From Antedon mediterranea (Eukaryota; Animalia; Echinodermata), in NCBI RefSeq assembly GCF_964355755.1, contig NC_092674.1, positions 1,798,001 through 1,862,000 of the forward strand: a DNA stretch of 64,000 nt, in the 5' to 3' direction. Positions 26,931 to 38,416 of this stretch are shown here, in pieces. The notes under the pieces are model-generated. The model had not been told where the DNA came from and made no database searches. It saw nothing but the letters and a program-made list of their open reading frames with translations. How positions within the stretch are numbered: the first letter of the stretch is position 1; every line of letters starts with the position of its first letter. The position numbers and the translations under genes are program-made.

Positions 26931-29900
26931 TAGTCCAGTCAATCTAATGATATACCCACCACAAATTGCAATAGTAACAAAGCAAGTATTTTTGAATTCC
27001 ATATAAAGTGTAGAACGACATACTAAAAGTCACCGAAAATCCAAGCATTGGGTCAAGGGGTCAGAGATCAATAAAGGTCATTTTAAGTCAAGATTAATAT
27101 GCCCCATTAATTACATATATTTAACCATTTGAAATACATTATATACAAGTGTGATTTATATCATCCGAAAGCTTATTAAATTTCCTATTCAGTGATATCA
27201 AACTTATAGTCATAACATTTTATTTAGCATGTCATTTTTGCGGAAAAACACAACAAAATGTTTCAATTTTGGCTAAAAATGTTGTTTTCGCTGTAAACAA
27301 CAACGGTATATACACAGAGATACCCATGGGGTGAACATTTCAGTCCAAAGCGATACACATGACCAGCTCAAGATGCAGATGAGTGACATCTCCGTTCCTG
27401 TTACTTCTCGATGATCTACATTCCATTTTTTCCAGATGGCATTTGTGTTGCCATGGTTACACTATTTATATTGGGACGTATAAGTATTTTAACGATTTTT
27501 TAACCAGTAGAAATACAAAGATGTTCAACAGCAGTTTGACAATGACCTCCATGTTGTATGACATTCGGAACCATCTGGGCTGGATTGTCAACAGACCTGG
27601 TGATTGAAAAGGTTTCTATGAGAAGCCTCAAAGAAAACCAGGTTTGACAAGAGATTTAGGAATGAGTACATTCAGACCAAATCTGCGCTGTATGTAATGC
27701 CTTTGCAATAGTATCAGGGCGTTACTCCAACAGCGGCCAACATAAGACCTTGTGGCCACACGTCAGGAACACAATGGCAATTGAAAAATCCATTTGGTTA
27801 CGACTCAGAGACTTCATACCATTGACATGGGAGTTACTGCAGGTGACTCGGAATATTGGCAATGCGGTATTAAGCATTGAATATTTTGGAAGGATGTTAG
27901 GCCAGAAAGTCTTGCAATGTATTCAAGATCCTGGCAATAAAGTACATACAGGCAAATATGTGTGCATAGATCCTACAGTTCCAGAGGAGACTCGAGGTGA
28001 CAACAAGGAAGTTTTTGAACATGAACTTTGTTATCCACCAGCACTTTTTGAAACTACCAACTTACAATACTTTCAGCTAATAAACCAACATGATGCCATG
28101 TGGAAACAACTTCTTATGAATAGTCTAACACATCCAACTCACAGAATGCTGTCCAGTAAGCCTACATTTTAGATGGTAGTACTCTACTTCACAGCATTCC
28201 ATGGAATAGTGTAGAGACTTATGATGCGATCTGTAAAAAATATTGCCCTGCCATCATAGTCTTTGATGATTATGAAAGCGCCAAAGACGGCGCACATGGT
28301 AAGGCGGGTCAGGTGGTAGTGTCCCTGTACATTTTACCAGTGACATGTTCCACAAAATAGGATCACTTTCTGTAACAAACAACAATTTATAAATCTTCGT
28401 AACTAGTAATTGAACAACATGGCAATGAGTGAATGCAGCTGCTGATGCAGATGTTATTTCGGATAGTACAAAAAAACCATTGAATCAGCAAACAGGAAAA
28501 CATCTGTATCCGATGACTTTTTAGAGACATCTGTGATAACCTTCTGTTTGCTCATGCGATACTGGTGACACAACATCCAGAGTTTTCGGAATTGGAAAAC
28601 AAGTGGCTCTAAAAAAAGCTTGTCATTGCACTTATTTCTTCAGTCTTCAGATGCAAACAAGATACAAAGGATGACATTGTGGTTGCTAGAGAAAATGATT
28701 TAGTGTGTCTGTACAATGGATGACCTGGACAGCGTGGAATGCCTTTGACTCCATCCCATCTACAAGTACAACCTCGCATATCGCCAACTTCATAGTCGTA
28801 CCACAACCAAGGTACTTAACATCATGTTCAAGTTCAAGTTATCTTTTAGCAATGGAGTGGGGTTGATATGTGTACCGAGGACTGGGGATGGAAGATCAGA
28901 TGATGGAAACATGGTTTCTCTACACACAGACTTAAAGCCAGCACCTGAGTATCTCCTTGAAGCATTCAGGGGTAACTAGAACTACATGTGATGAATGCAA
29001 TGGCATTGCACTGTACTAATACCCGAACAAGAAAGTGATACTGATGACATAGTTGTGAGTCCATTTCTATTTGAAGGATTAAAGAATATCATCCCACACG
29101 GGGCAATTCAAATAAAAAGTTCTGGATTAAAATGATCTTACAAAATATACAAAAATATCACAATACACAGTACAATATAACAAGAGTCAAAGTTCAAGAA
29201 ATTAAGAGTCGGATGGCAACTGGCAAAAAAGAATTTCTTTTCCGGTTTGTTCTACATGCCGGGCATCGAAAGCGACGCCCATGAGGCATGAGCTCGAAAT
29301 CACTGAACAAGGCATGGTTAACATTTTTTAGAATAGCTCTATTTTTTTCTAGAGTTTGCATGTCACAGAAGGAAGACAAGCTACGAAGTTGACAACCTAT
29401 TAATTTAGAACTTAAATTAACAATTCTTTGTAGTGAGTTTCTCTCTTTGACCCTATTAAGACTAAAAAACCAGCATATAAAGGAAAACAGTTAAAACGTT
29501 CTCAATAAAGGAATTATAAAAAAACCTGAGAATTACTTTATCGACATTAAAATGGTTCAGCTTCCTTAACAGATAAAGTCTATGGTGTCCTTTCTTTACT
29601 ATTGCCTCTGTATTTAATTCCCAGCTGAGATTGTCCTCAAAATATAGTACCTAGGTATTTAGGAATGGACAATATCACTGGTTCGTCATTTATGAGGGAT
29701 ACCAGAGGGCTGCGTCATTTCTCCTTCCTAAAATCTACAATCATCTCCTTGGTTTTGGTCACATTGAGTTCCAAGTAGGAGTTTCCATAAAATTAGATAA
29801 AACCTTCTAATGCGGGACCATGACCGTCCTGTGAATTTTTAAGGAGAGACAGCAAGACAGTGTCGTCAGCAAATTTGACAAGATGACTATTGTCCTGTTT

Positions 29901-31295
29901 GCTGCGACAGTCATCCGTGTATATAATATACAGGAGATGAGAGAGGACGCAACCCTGGGGCGATCCAATACTTGTCATTACGTACATTCATTGATACTAA
30001 AATCATCAAAAATCTATCTATAGTTAAATCATGAGTTGATTCCAAATTATCAAGACTCATTAATTAATCAACAATAGTACATACCGCTAATGAATTTCAA
30101 TATTCTTCTAGCTAGCATCATTTTTCCTATTTCATAACGATACAATAGGTACAGGAAAAACATTATTTGCACCAAATACTTGCAAAATATACATAAACAT
30201 AATTTAGTTTTACCCTATTTAAAGAAAATTTGAGTTTTCGTAAAAGGTCACTGACCTCTATAGTTACAGAACAACTGTTGTATCAATTAGTTTTTAGAGT
30301 AAGAAATACATATTATACACATTTGTAGTTATTTAGATGTTATTGGCAGGCATAAATGTTACCTACTACTACACTACCTGTTGTTGATAACAATTTATCA
30401 TTATTATAGGATTATTATTTTTATTTGAGTACATAATTAATTCAAAATACTTAACATCATTTTTCCTATTTCATATGACGATAGGTACAGAAAAAACACA
30501 AGTTTCATCAAATGCAACGGCAATTACGGAATAAGACATTTTGTTAGGAAAAATTTGAGTTTTTGTAAAAGGTCAATGACCTTTTGACCTCTAGTTAAGT
30601 ATAACTGTTGTATTAATTGTTTTTTTAATGTATATTAGTAGGATATATATACTCTACACATTGGTACTAAAGCTATTTAGATATGATTATAAAACAATGG
30701 ATTATAGGCATAAACGCTACCCCTACCCAAAAATTGTTTACATTACATTTGATCAAGAATCAATTTCAATAAGAATAGTACATCATTACTTTTAAAATTC
30801 TTCTAGTTAACATCATGTTTCTTATTTTATATATCGATAAGTACAGAAAAAACACAATTTTGATTAAATGCATCCACAATTATGGCATACGATATAACAG
30901 TTAATCATTTTTTAAAGGAAAAAAATGAGTTTTTGTAAAAGGTCAATAACCTTTTAACCTCTAGTTATATAAATAAGTGTTGTATTTTGTTTTTTTAAAT
31001 TGCATATTAGAAAGAAATATATATTCTACACACTGATATCAAGATTATTGAGATTGGATTATAAAACCACAAGTTACGGGCATAAATGTTACCCCCTACC
31101 CCAAAAATATTTACGGAATAAAATCCCTATATAGTTGTTGAGATTACGTAAAAAATAGTGTGTTCCAATGCTTCAATTTTCGGTGACTTTTAATATGTCA
31201 TTCTAAACTACAGTTGGAATGAAAAAATCAATGTTTCGTTACTATTGCAATTTGTGGTGGGTTTACCTCTAAATATCACTAGATTGACTGGACTA
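26931..31295 (+). mobile_element. Degenerate Academ-like DNA transposon with TIRs and 3-bp TSD
   Basis: Termini TAGTCCAGTCAATCTA...TAGATTGACTGGACTA with further inverted similarity inward (cccaccacaaattgcaatagtaac); flanking TAG/TAG duplication at 26928-30 and 31296-98; decayed coding remnants (FEHELCYPPALFE, IIVFDDY, DTTSRVFGIGK, XPG-like); three ~330-bp internal repeats at ~30050-31110. Confidence 0.75.
29100..29990 (-). mobile_element. LINE RT fragment nested in the Academ-like element
   Basis: GSPQGCVLS...YTDD...KFADD; RFRCPACRTNRKRNSFLPVAIRLL. Confidence 0.8.
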
Positions 31296-31693
31296 TAGTC
31301 ACGAGGAACAGACAAACTGAAATTTTAGTTGAAAGACAAAACAACATTCCTGCTTAGCAAGTATCAATTCATCTTCTAAATTAAAACCAAAGAAAACCAT
31401 CTATAAATTATTATGATTATCATTATTGTTAATATCACATTAAAAGAATATAAATACACATTAAGGACTGTGTTTAATCATATATAAATACACTTTCAGT
31501 ATATCATAATACAATTCTCATTTTGTTCAAAAAATAATTTGTTTAAACAATGTTGTATAGGAGCTCATGGAATTCATTTTGTTTGTACCAATACTAATTG
31601 TATTAAATCTCCCTAAATCTAACTTATTGTCTTTGTATTAATTCATTTTTGTTTCATGGAATTCGAGAGAGTCGTCTTCAAATTTGGTCAGTG

Positions 31694-31744
31694 TATCATA
31701 CTGTATCATACTGTATCATACTGTATCATACTGTATCATACTGT
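31694..31744. repeat. (tgtatcatac)n 10-bp tandem repeat
   Basis: Directly visible. Confidence 0.85.
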
Positions 31745-31960
31745 AGTCATTTTTTACTATTGTACATTTTCATTTTCTTCTGGAAAATTGTTTTTATATC
31801 TGAGAAAATGTATTTTCACTTGATCTATTTAAATAATGTTGTTGATCGTCTTTCCTCAAATGAATAAAAGTGCAAACACAGTATTGTTATCTATGCAATG
31901 CAATTATATCTACCTCACTGGTCTACGTTATGACACGTTATTTATTTTGGGGGTTTTCGT

Positions 31961-32006
31961 ATCACTACGCGTACTCTGTGTACGTCAATACCATACTATA
32001 AAAAGA
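31961..32006 (+). promoter_or_regulatory. Cluster core promoter, class B: TACTRCGCGT...CAATA(TA)CCATACTATAAAAAGA (related copies at ~33830, 37226, 40872, 43784; orphan copy at ~22345)
   Basis: Recurs upstream of micro-genes 8-12; the copies at 40872 and 43784 contain TGAGTCA (AP-1 consensus). Confidence 0.65.
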
Positions 32007-32095
32007 CCTTTTGAAAAATAATTATCATTAGTGTGTACAATTCACTTGCTGAACAACATAATCTATATATAGTTAAAGAGAAATATTTTAACAGT

Positions 32096-32648
32096 ATGGC
32101 TTTCAGGGATCAACCTGGTGCAAACCGAAGAAATGGGTAAGTTTACATAGGCCTAGTAAAAACATAAATACTTGTTAGCTAGACAAACTAATCATAATTA
32201 CACAGATTTTTTTTTTTTTTTAAAGACAATAATTAAGCAAAAGAAAAATGTCACCGGTTCCTTTGCTTTCTAAATTATTATGGTTCTGGAAAGATTACTT
32301 ATAACTTTTAGCTTCTATGATTAGTGTCTCTAACAAAATACTAGATTTGAACGTCACCCAATTCCAAAATGCCTAAAATCATACTCGTAAATTTCTATTG
32401 TTGAACTTAGTTTTCAGATATTTGTGAACAATCTTCAAGGTCAAGCTATACCATTTGACGTATATCCTGATACAGATGTAATGGGACTAAAAGATATGAT
32501 ATTCCGGAGATTTGGGGTTGCCGTAGGAAATCAACGACTATTGTATGGTGGTAGTCAGTTAAACGACGGGGACACCATGGAATATCTCGGCATTCGAATG
32601 GGAATGCAAGCAACAATTCACTTAGTTCTACGAGTACACGGAGGATAG
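32096..32648 (+). CDS. Micro-gene 8: shared tag + ubiquitin-like domain ending LVLRVHGG, 92 aa
   Basis: Exons 32096-32136 (MAFRDQPGANRRN) and 32411-32648 (GFQIFVNNLQGQ...QRLLYGGSQLNDG...IHLVLRVHGG*). Confidence 0.85.
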
Positions 32649-33942
32649 TAAAACAGTAATGATTAAAAACTGCAAATTATGACATAGAAAAGAGATAATG
32701 TTTTTGTTATCGCATTGAAGATGGACTTTAAGAATTCTTTTGCTAAATTAGTTATATATATATAGGTCCTATGTGATATTTATATTAATTAAGTAAAACA
32801 TACGATATTACCATGGTATTAATACTGTGCTTACTTTCATTCTTTTAATTAAGAATAAGTTAAGTTACACGGGTTTAATTATATATGTTGACTTTTTTTC
32901 ACTGTTGTTGGTACGTGGTACTTGGTAATTGACTCTTCATTCCTTGGGGTAGGGTCCTCATCTTTATATAGGATATTTCTTTTTAAGTTATTGTATTTTT
33001 CTATTTATCATATACTTTAAGATCGCGTAATTATTAAGTATTTAGTATTCTTAAAACTCGTTATTTCTACCTTGTGAACCATAAATACGTAATTATAAAA
33101 TATTTAGTTAATAACTTATAAATAACTTTATAGTTGCCCTTAAATTTTTAAATTTTAATATTGTAAAGGAAATTCATATTCCTTTTATTTTGTATAGTTA
33201 TCTTAGATATCAATTTCAAATGTAGCTATTGTTCTGTTTTTTTTTAAAAATAATTAGTGAATATTATAAATGTAGAATATTAAAGGCAATTATGTAGTTA
33301 ATTTATAATATTTAAACTAATATATAGAATGCTCTAAAACTCATCGATATTATTATTATTTCAATAAATATATATTCGAATTAAAAATACATGATTTTGT
33401 TCTTTATTTATGGGTGTAGGCCTAATATCTAGCTACTTAATCATAGAGGTGATGATAAGGTGATGATGATGATAATATTGACAAGTTGACAGGATGAGGT
33501 GATGATCATGACGGTAATATAAGTGAAAAAAGAATGATGACAATAATGATTATGACGATGGTGATACAACATAGTGTCGACAATAATACGGAAAACAAGA
33601 ATCGCCATCGATGACACATTGATCTTATTGATTATCATGATTTAAGATTCTTGGAGCTTTTTCTCAAATATGCACTTATTAAAAGTACTGTACTTTTAGT
33701 CCATGGCCATAGGGAAGAGTTAATTTTTTGTATATTAACACGATTTCTACCTATTGAACTGGCCTATGATATACTATTATTCACTTACTTCCACTAATCA
33801 CAGCATTATCACACTAAGATTATACATTGTATTACTACGCGTCTATGTATCAATATTCCAAGGGTATAACCAGATCATTTATGAAAAATAAATAATCTTT
33901 TGGTAAACGGAAATATAGTCCAAAAACTACTCGAGGTAAAAT

Positions 33943-35688
33943 ATGGCTAATCAGTTTGAACCAGGTGCAAACCAAATAAATCGGTAAGTACACGCAACCC
34001 CTTTACATTTTAGGCTACACTGGTTTAAAGTGATCAAAATAAGATACATAACTTGTAGGTCTACCATCACCATCAATATCCTTTCTTTCAAAAAATGTTC
34101 AAATAAAGTATATTCAGCAGAGACATCGTTCATCAGAGTCGGAACAATTTATTATTTATTATTTATTATTTTTCTATTTATGATTTAGGATTTATTATGA
34201 TTTGTTATTTATGATCTATTATGATTCATGATTTATTATTATCATTAATGATTAATGATTAATGATTCATGATTAATGATTCATGATTTATTATTATCAT
34301 TAATGATTAATGATTAATGATTCATGATTTATTATTATCATTAATGATTAATGATTCATGATTCATGATTTATTATTATCATTAATGATTAATGATTCAT
34401 GATTTATTATTATCATTAATGATTAATTATTATCATTAATGATTAATTATTATCATTAATGATTAATTATTATCATTAATGATTAATTATTATCCATGAT
34501 TCATGATTTATTATTATCATTAATGATTAATTATTATCCATGATTCATGATTTATTATTATCATTAATGATTTATTATTATCCATGATTCATGATTTATT
34601 ATTATCGATTAATGATTTATTATTATCCATGATTCATGATTTATTATTATCCATGATTCATGATTTATTATTATCCATGATTCATGATTTATTATTCATG
34701 ATTTATTATTCATGATTTATTATTCATGATTTTGCTGATGTATTACGTATAACGTATTACGTATTACGTATTACGTATTACGTATTACGTATTACGTATT
34801 ACGTATTACGTATTACGTATTACGTATTACGTATTACGTATTACGTATTACGTATTACGTATTACGTATTACGTATTACGTATTACGTATTACGTATTAC
34901 GTATTACGTATTACGTATTACGTATTACGTATTACGTATTACGTATTACGTATTACGTATTACGTATTACGTATTACGTATTACGTATTACGTATTACGT
35001 ATTACGTATTACGTATTACGTATTACGTATTACGTATTGCGTATTACGTATTACGTATTGCGTATTGCGTATTGCGTATTGCGTATTGCGTATTGCGTAT
35101 TGCGTATTGCGTATTGCGTATTGCGTATTACGTATTATTTATTATTTATTCGTTTTCACTAATTGTAGCTTATCTAAAGTTAGATTTCAGATACATGTTA
35201 CATTTAATGGAATGCAGAGACACTTCAACGTATTTCCTGAAACATTAGTAGAAGAACTTAAAAGAATGGCATTCAATAGTTTCGGAGTTGATGATGGAAG
35301 TTTAACCTTTAATGGTGTAGAACTAGTGAATGGTAACACCATGGCAAGGTGCAATATTATAGTAGGGTCCAACATTACCTTGCACGATTCATCATGCTGT
35401 AGGTAGGTCAATCCAAAACGCGTTTTCAAATTTTGTAATTACTGATTAATCATTTTCCAACCAGACATTCAATAATTCATTCATTTTCATGTGTTTTATT
35501 TTTAAAATACACTATTTGTTATTTTAATATAACACTATGGCAATTTGGAATAGAGTGAAGATATTTCCCAATGGGATCTATTTTAAATATGTAAAACTAC
35601 TTGAAAACTGCAATAACTAACGTAAAATGGTGTCTTTAAATCATGGCCTATTAATGTATATTATTTGTTTAATTTCAGAATTTCGTAA
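33943..35688 (+). CDS. Micro-gene 9: shared tag + Ubl with predicted C-terminal CCRIS (CaaX), 89 aa
   Basis: Exons 33943-33983 (MANQFEPGANQIN), 35184-35402 (RFQIHVTFNG...LTFNGVELVNGNTMARCNIIVGSNITLHDSSCC), 35679-35688 (RIS*); unspliced alternative ends CCR* at 35406. Confidence 0.75.
34148..35140. repeat. Intronic satellite block: AT-rich (attatcattaatg) repeats followed by (TATTACG)n/(TATTGCG)n heptamers
   Basis: Directly visible inside intron 1 of micro-gene 9. Confidence 0.95.
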
Positions 35689-36256
35689 TCAGTTACCATG
35701 GAAAGTGAATACAAGTAATTGCTGATTAGCCGTACCAGAAAATTGGAAAAATGCAGCTGATAACGGACAAATAAAGCAATTCAGTATTCAGTATAATCAT
35801 TACCGGTACTATTACTGTTAATTAACTTATTAATGAATAAATAAAATTGTTTACAGCATTTAACAATTTTTTTTAAAATGCTGTAGGTCAGTAATAAAAG
35901 TTACCTAATTAAATATACATATAAAAATACATTTCTACAATTTATTTTTAAATAAATGCTATTTCTATTGATAACACATAAAATCGTTGGTGATAAGGAT
36001 ACCCGATGATGACGACAATGACGATGATAATAATAATAGATGGTGATTATGGTAATAATGATGATGACTATATTAAATATCCATAATCATGGTCGGCTAT
36101 AGTGAAAAAGTGATAATAATGATATGATGATGCAAACGGCTAAATAATGGCTTCGGTGATAATAATAATAATAATAATAATAGTAAAAAGACGGTTTGCT
36201 TTCTAAACTAAGACACGTACAAATATATTCACCATTTCTCTAATTAAAAAGAGACA

Positions 36257-36446
36257 ATGAAGATGTATATATTTAAACCAAGTAAGTTAAAAGTGGTTAG
36301 GACACAAACATTTATTCCATAATTTCTTTTTTAACTTTTAACTCACTGTGAGCCGAGCGGTTAAGACAGTGGAACCGTAATTACATAGCCATAACATCGG
36401 CAGGGGTTCGAGGCTCACTCACTCCATGGTTCTGGTGGTAGAACGA

Positions 36447-36480
<34 letters not shown>

Positions 36481-36980
36481 AGTGTACACATCTAGCTCGT
36501 GTGCACTTTAAAGAACCTAGTACATCTTTCGAGACGAGTAAGGGGTTACTCAGGTGTATTAGTACATCACAGCCACTGGTCACCAACTGGGCCCTCTGGG
36601 AGACCAGTCTTTGACTGAAGAGGTTACCCAGTATAAATATATATTTCAATCTAATCAATTTTTTAATTCTTCACTGGCCATTCTATCGAGAATATGAAGA
36701 GATTGGTCTTAGTTATTTGTGGGTCGCGCCATGATACACTTACTAGATTACTATTTACTAATGTGATCTAGAGGTTCTATCTCATAGAGCCCAAATTCAT
36801 AGTGTGAAGGTAATACACTGATGTATTTTATGACATTGACTAATATTATTATGTGTCTATTTGTGCAGTAATAAGGAAGATGAATCGTGTTGGTTTTGGC
36901 TCTTTATTGTAATAATCTTTATTTCTATCATCATGATTATTGCCGATTTCATATATTTCATTGTTGCCGTTATCTTTTAG
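36257..36980 (+). pseudogene. Degenerate paralog of micro-gene 7 (tag + transmembrane tail)
   Basis: Exon-1 remnant MKMYIFKP(S) at 36257 resembles gene 7 exon 1. Exon 2 at 36869-36980 (NKEDESCWFWLFIVIIFISIIMIIADFIYFIVAVIF*) is preceded by an intron end homologous to gene 7. The strong donor at 36282 is phase 1 (out of frame); a weak GT at 36286 is phase 2. Confidence 0.5.
36346..36650 (+). mobile_element. tRNA-derived SINE
   Basis: A-box-like gagccgagcggttaag, B-box-like ggttcgagg, then ggactataaaccgtaggtcc body. Confidence 0.65.
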
Positions 36981-37346
36981 AAACATAAGAGTTGGCATTT
37001 ACGGTAACGTAAATTTGATCTTTGTCAATGTATTCAGACCCTATTATTTGGGTGGTGCCGACGGAAACCTAAACATTACATTAATTAGTTATACATTACT
37101 CTATACATTTTGACAACCATTTTCATTTATACTTTGTATACTAACATTGTTTTTAAAGTCAGGCTCACTGACGTTACTTCTTAATTATCATACAATCATC
37201 TTCCTGTCTGCATTATTAATATATATTAATACGCGTATGTATGTACGGAGACTATAAAAAGATCATTTTAAAAGACAAATTCATTTTCTTGGCAAGCGGA
37301 TTCTATTTATAATCAAGGAATACTATTTTGTACACATTTTAAAAAC

Positions 37347-37908
37347 ATGGCTGAAGTGTTTCAACCAAGTCCAAACCCAAAGCCACCACCAGTAGAGTGA
37401 GTACACGTAACCTTAGACCTGTAATTTGCCAAAGTATACATACAATTGTATTATTATAAATAATGATATCAAATGCAATGTGTTTTTAGTTTAAAAAGTT
37501 AGCAAATCACTACTAATAGATGTTTGGGCATTATTCTATTTGTCATAGACATTGTCCTTTTCAATAAATTCCCTAGTTATAGAATGTCATTCGTCACTAA
37601 TTTCAGTTATCTAAATTAGATATAAGGAAATAAAGGTGAAACTGAAGAAAAGCATTGATGCCAACAGGAAAACTTACATACTTAAAAACGTTGATTCAAC
37701 CATGAAAGTAAAAACATTTATTGAACGGATACAGGATAAATGGGAAGACGACGATGAGGATGAGGGCAACGGCGAGGGCAACGGCAAAGGCAAAGTTAAG
37801 AAGTTATATTACAATAAAAAACTGCAAAAAGAGGATGATATACTAAGCTCTGTATTAAAGTAATAGAGTAATATAATTCAACTGGTCACATTAGGCAGAC
37901 TAGGATAG
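37347..37908 (+). pseudogene. Micro-gene 10: shared tag + divergent Ubl with acidic loop, truncated by TAA TAG
   Basis: Exons 37347-37396 (MAEVFQPSPNPKPPPV) and 37620-37863 (YKEIKVKLKK...MKVKTFIERIQDKWEDDDEDEGNGEGNGKGKVKKLYYNKKLQKEDDILSSVLK**); the frame continues SNIIQLVTLGRLG* to 37908. Confidence 0.6.
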
Positions 37909-38136
37909 CGTGAGTAAAAATATTTGTCTAAGGCTGAAAAATAACATAATACATAGTGCTCCGGTTTTATCAAGATTACTGATTATAAAAATGAAAATTT
38001 AAAAAAATACTTATTACACAATATAGGGTACCGTTGTACACAATATAGGGTACTTTTGTTATTGTACAAAATATTTCCACCGGCTTTGATTTAATTGCCT
38101 TACTATTGCCTAAGAAATATTTAAACAATATATATA

Positions 38137-38358
38137 TGTCCACCCAGGCAGCACTTGCCAGCTTTATACTCTGACGTTATCCAAATTCCTTCACTTGCAC
38201 TGATGAAGGGCTAGTGTTGCCCGAAAGCTCTGCTAACTTTTCTGGCTGTTTACTTTATCATTTTGATTTAGCTTTTCGCTTTTTATTTTTGTATCTCCAT
38301 TGAGATCCAGCCACTGATACCCACAGCATTGTCATTTTTTTCAGTAATTTGCCTTTGG

Positions 38359-38414
<56 letters not shown>
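38137..38414 (+). mobile_element. Penelope-like element terminal fragment embedded in (TA)n
   Basis: Contains a hammerhead core; flanked by TA runs at 38128-38136 and 38362-38414. Confidence 0.55.
38195..38236 (+). ncRNA. Minimal type I hammerhead ribozyme motif
   Basis: ttgca-CTGATGA-a-GGGC-tagtgtt-GCCC-GAAA-gc-TC-tgctaa: conserved core, stem II, short stem III, weak stem I. Confidence 0.65.

Positions 38415-38416
<2 letters not shown>

Noticed and set aside
36350-36425. tRNA gene
   Set aside because: No complete cloverleaf and it continues into a SINE body; the same applies at 62761.
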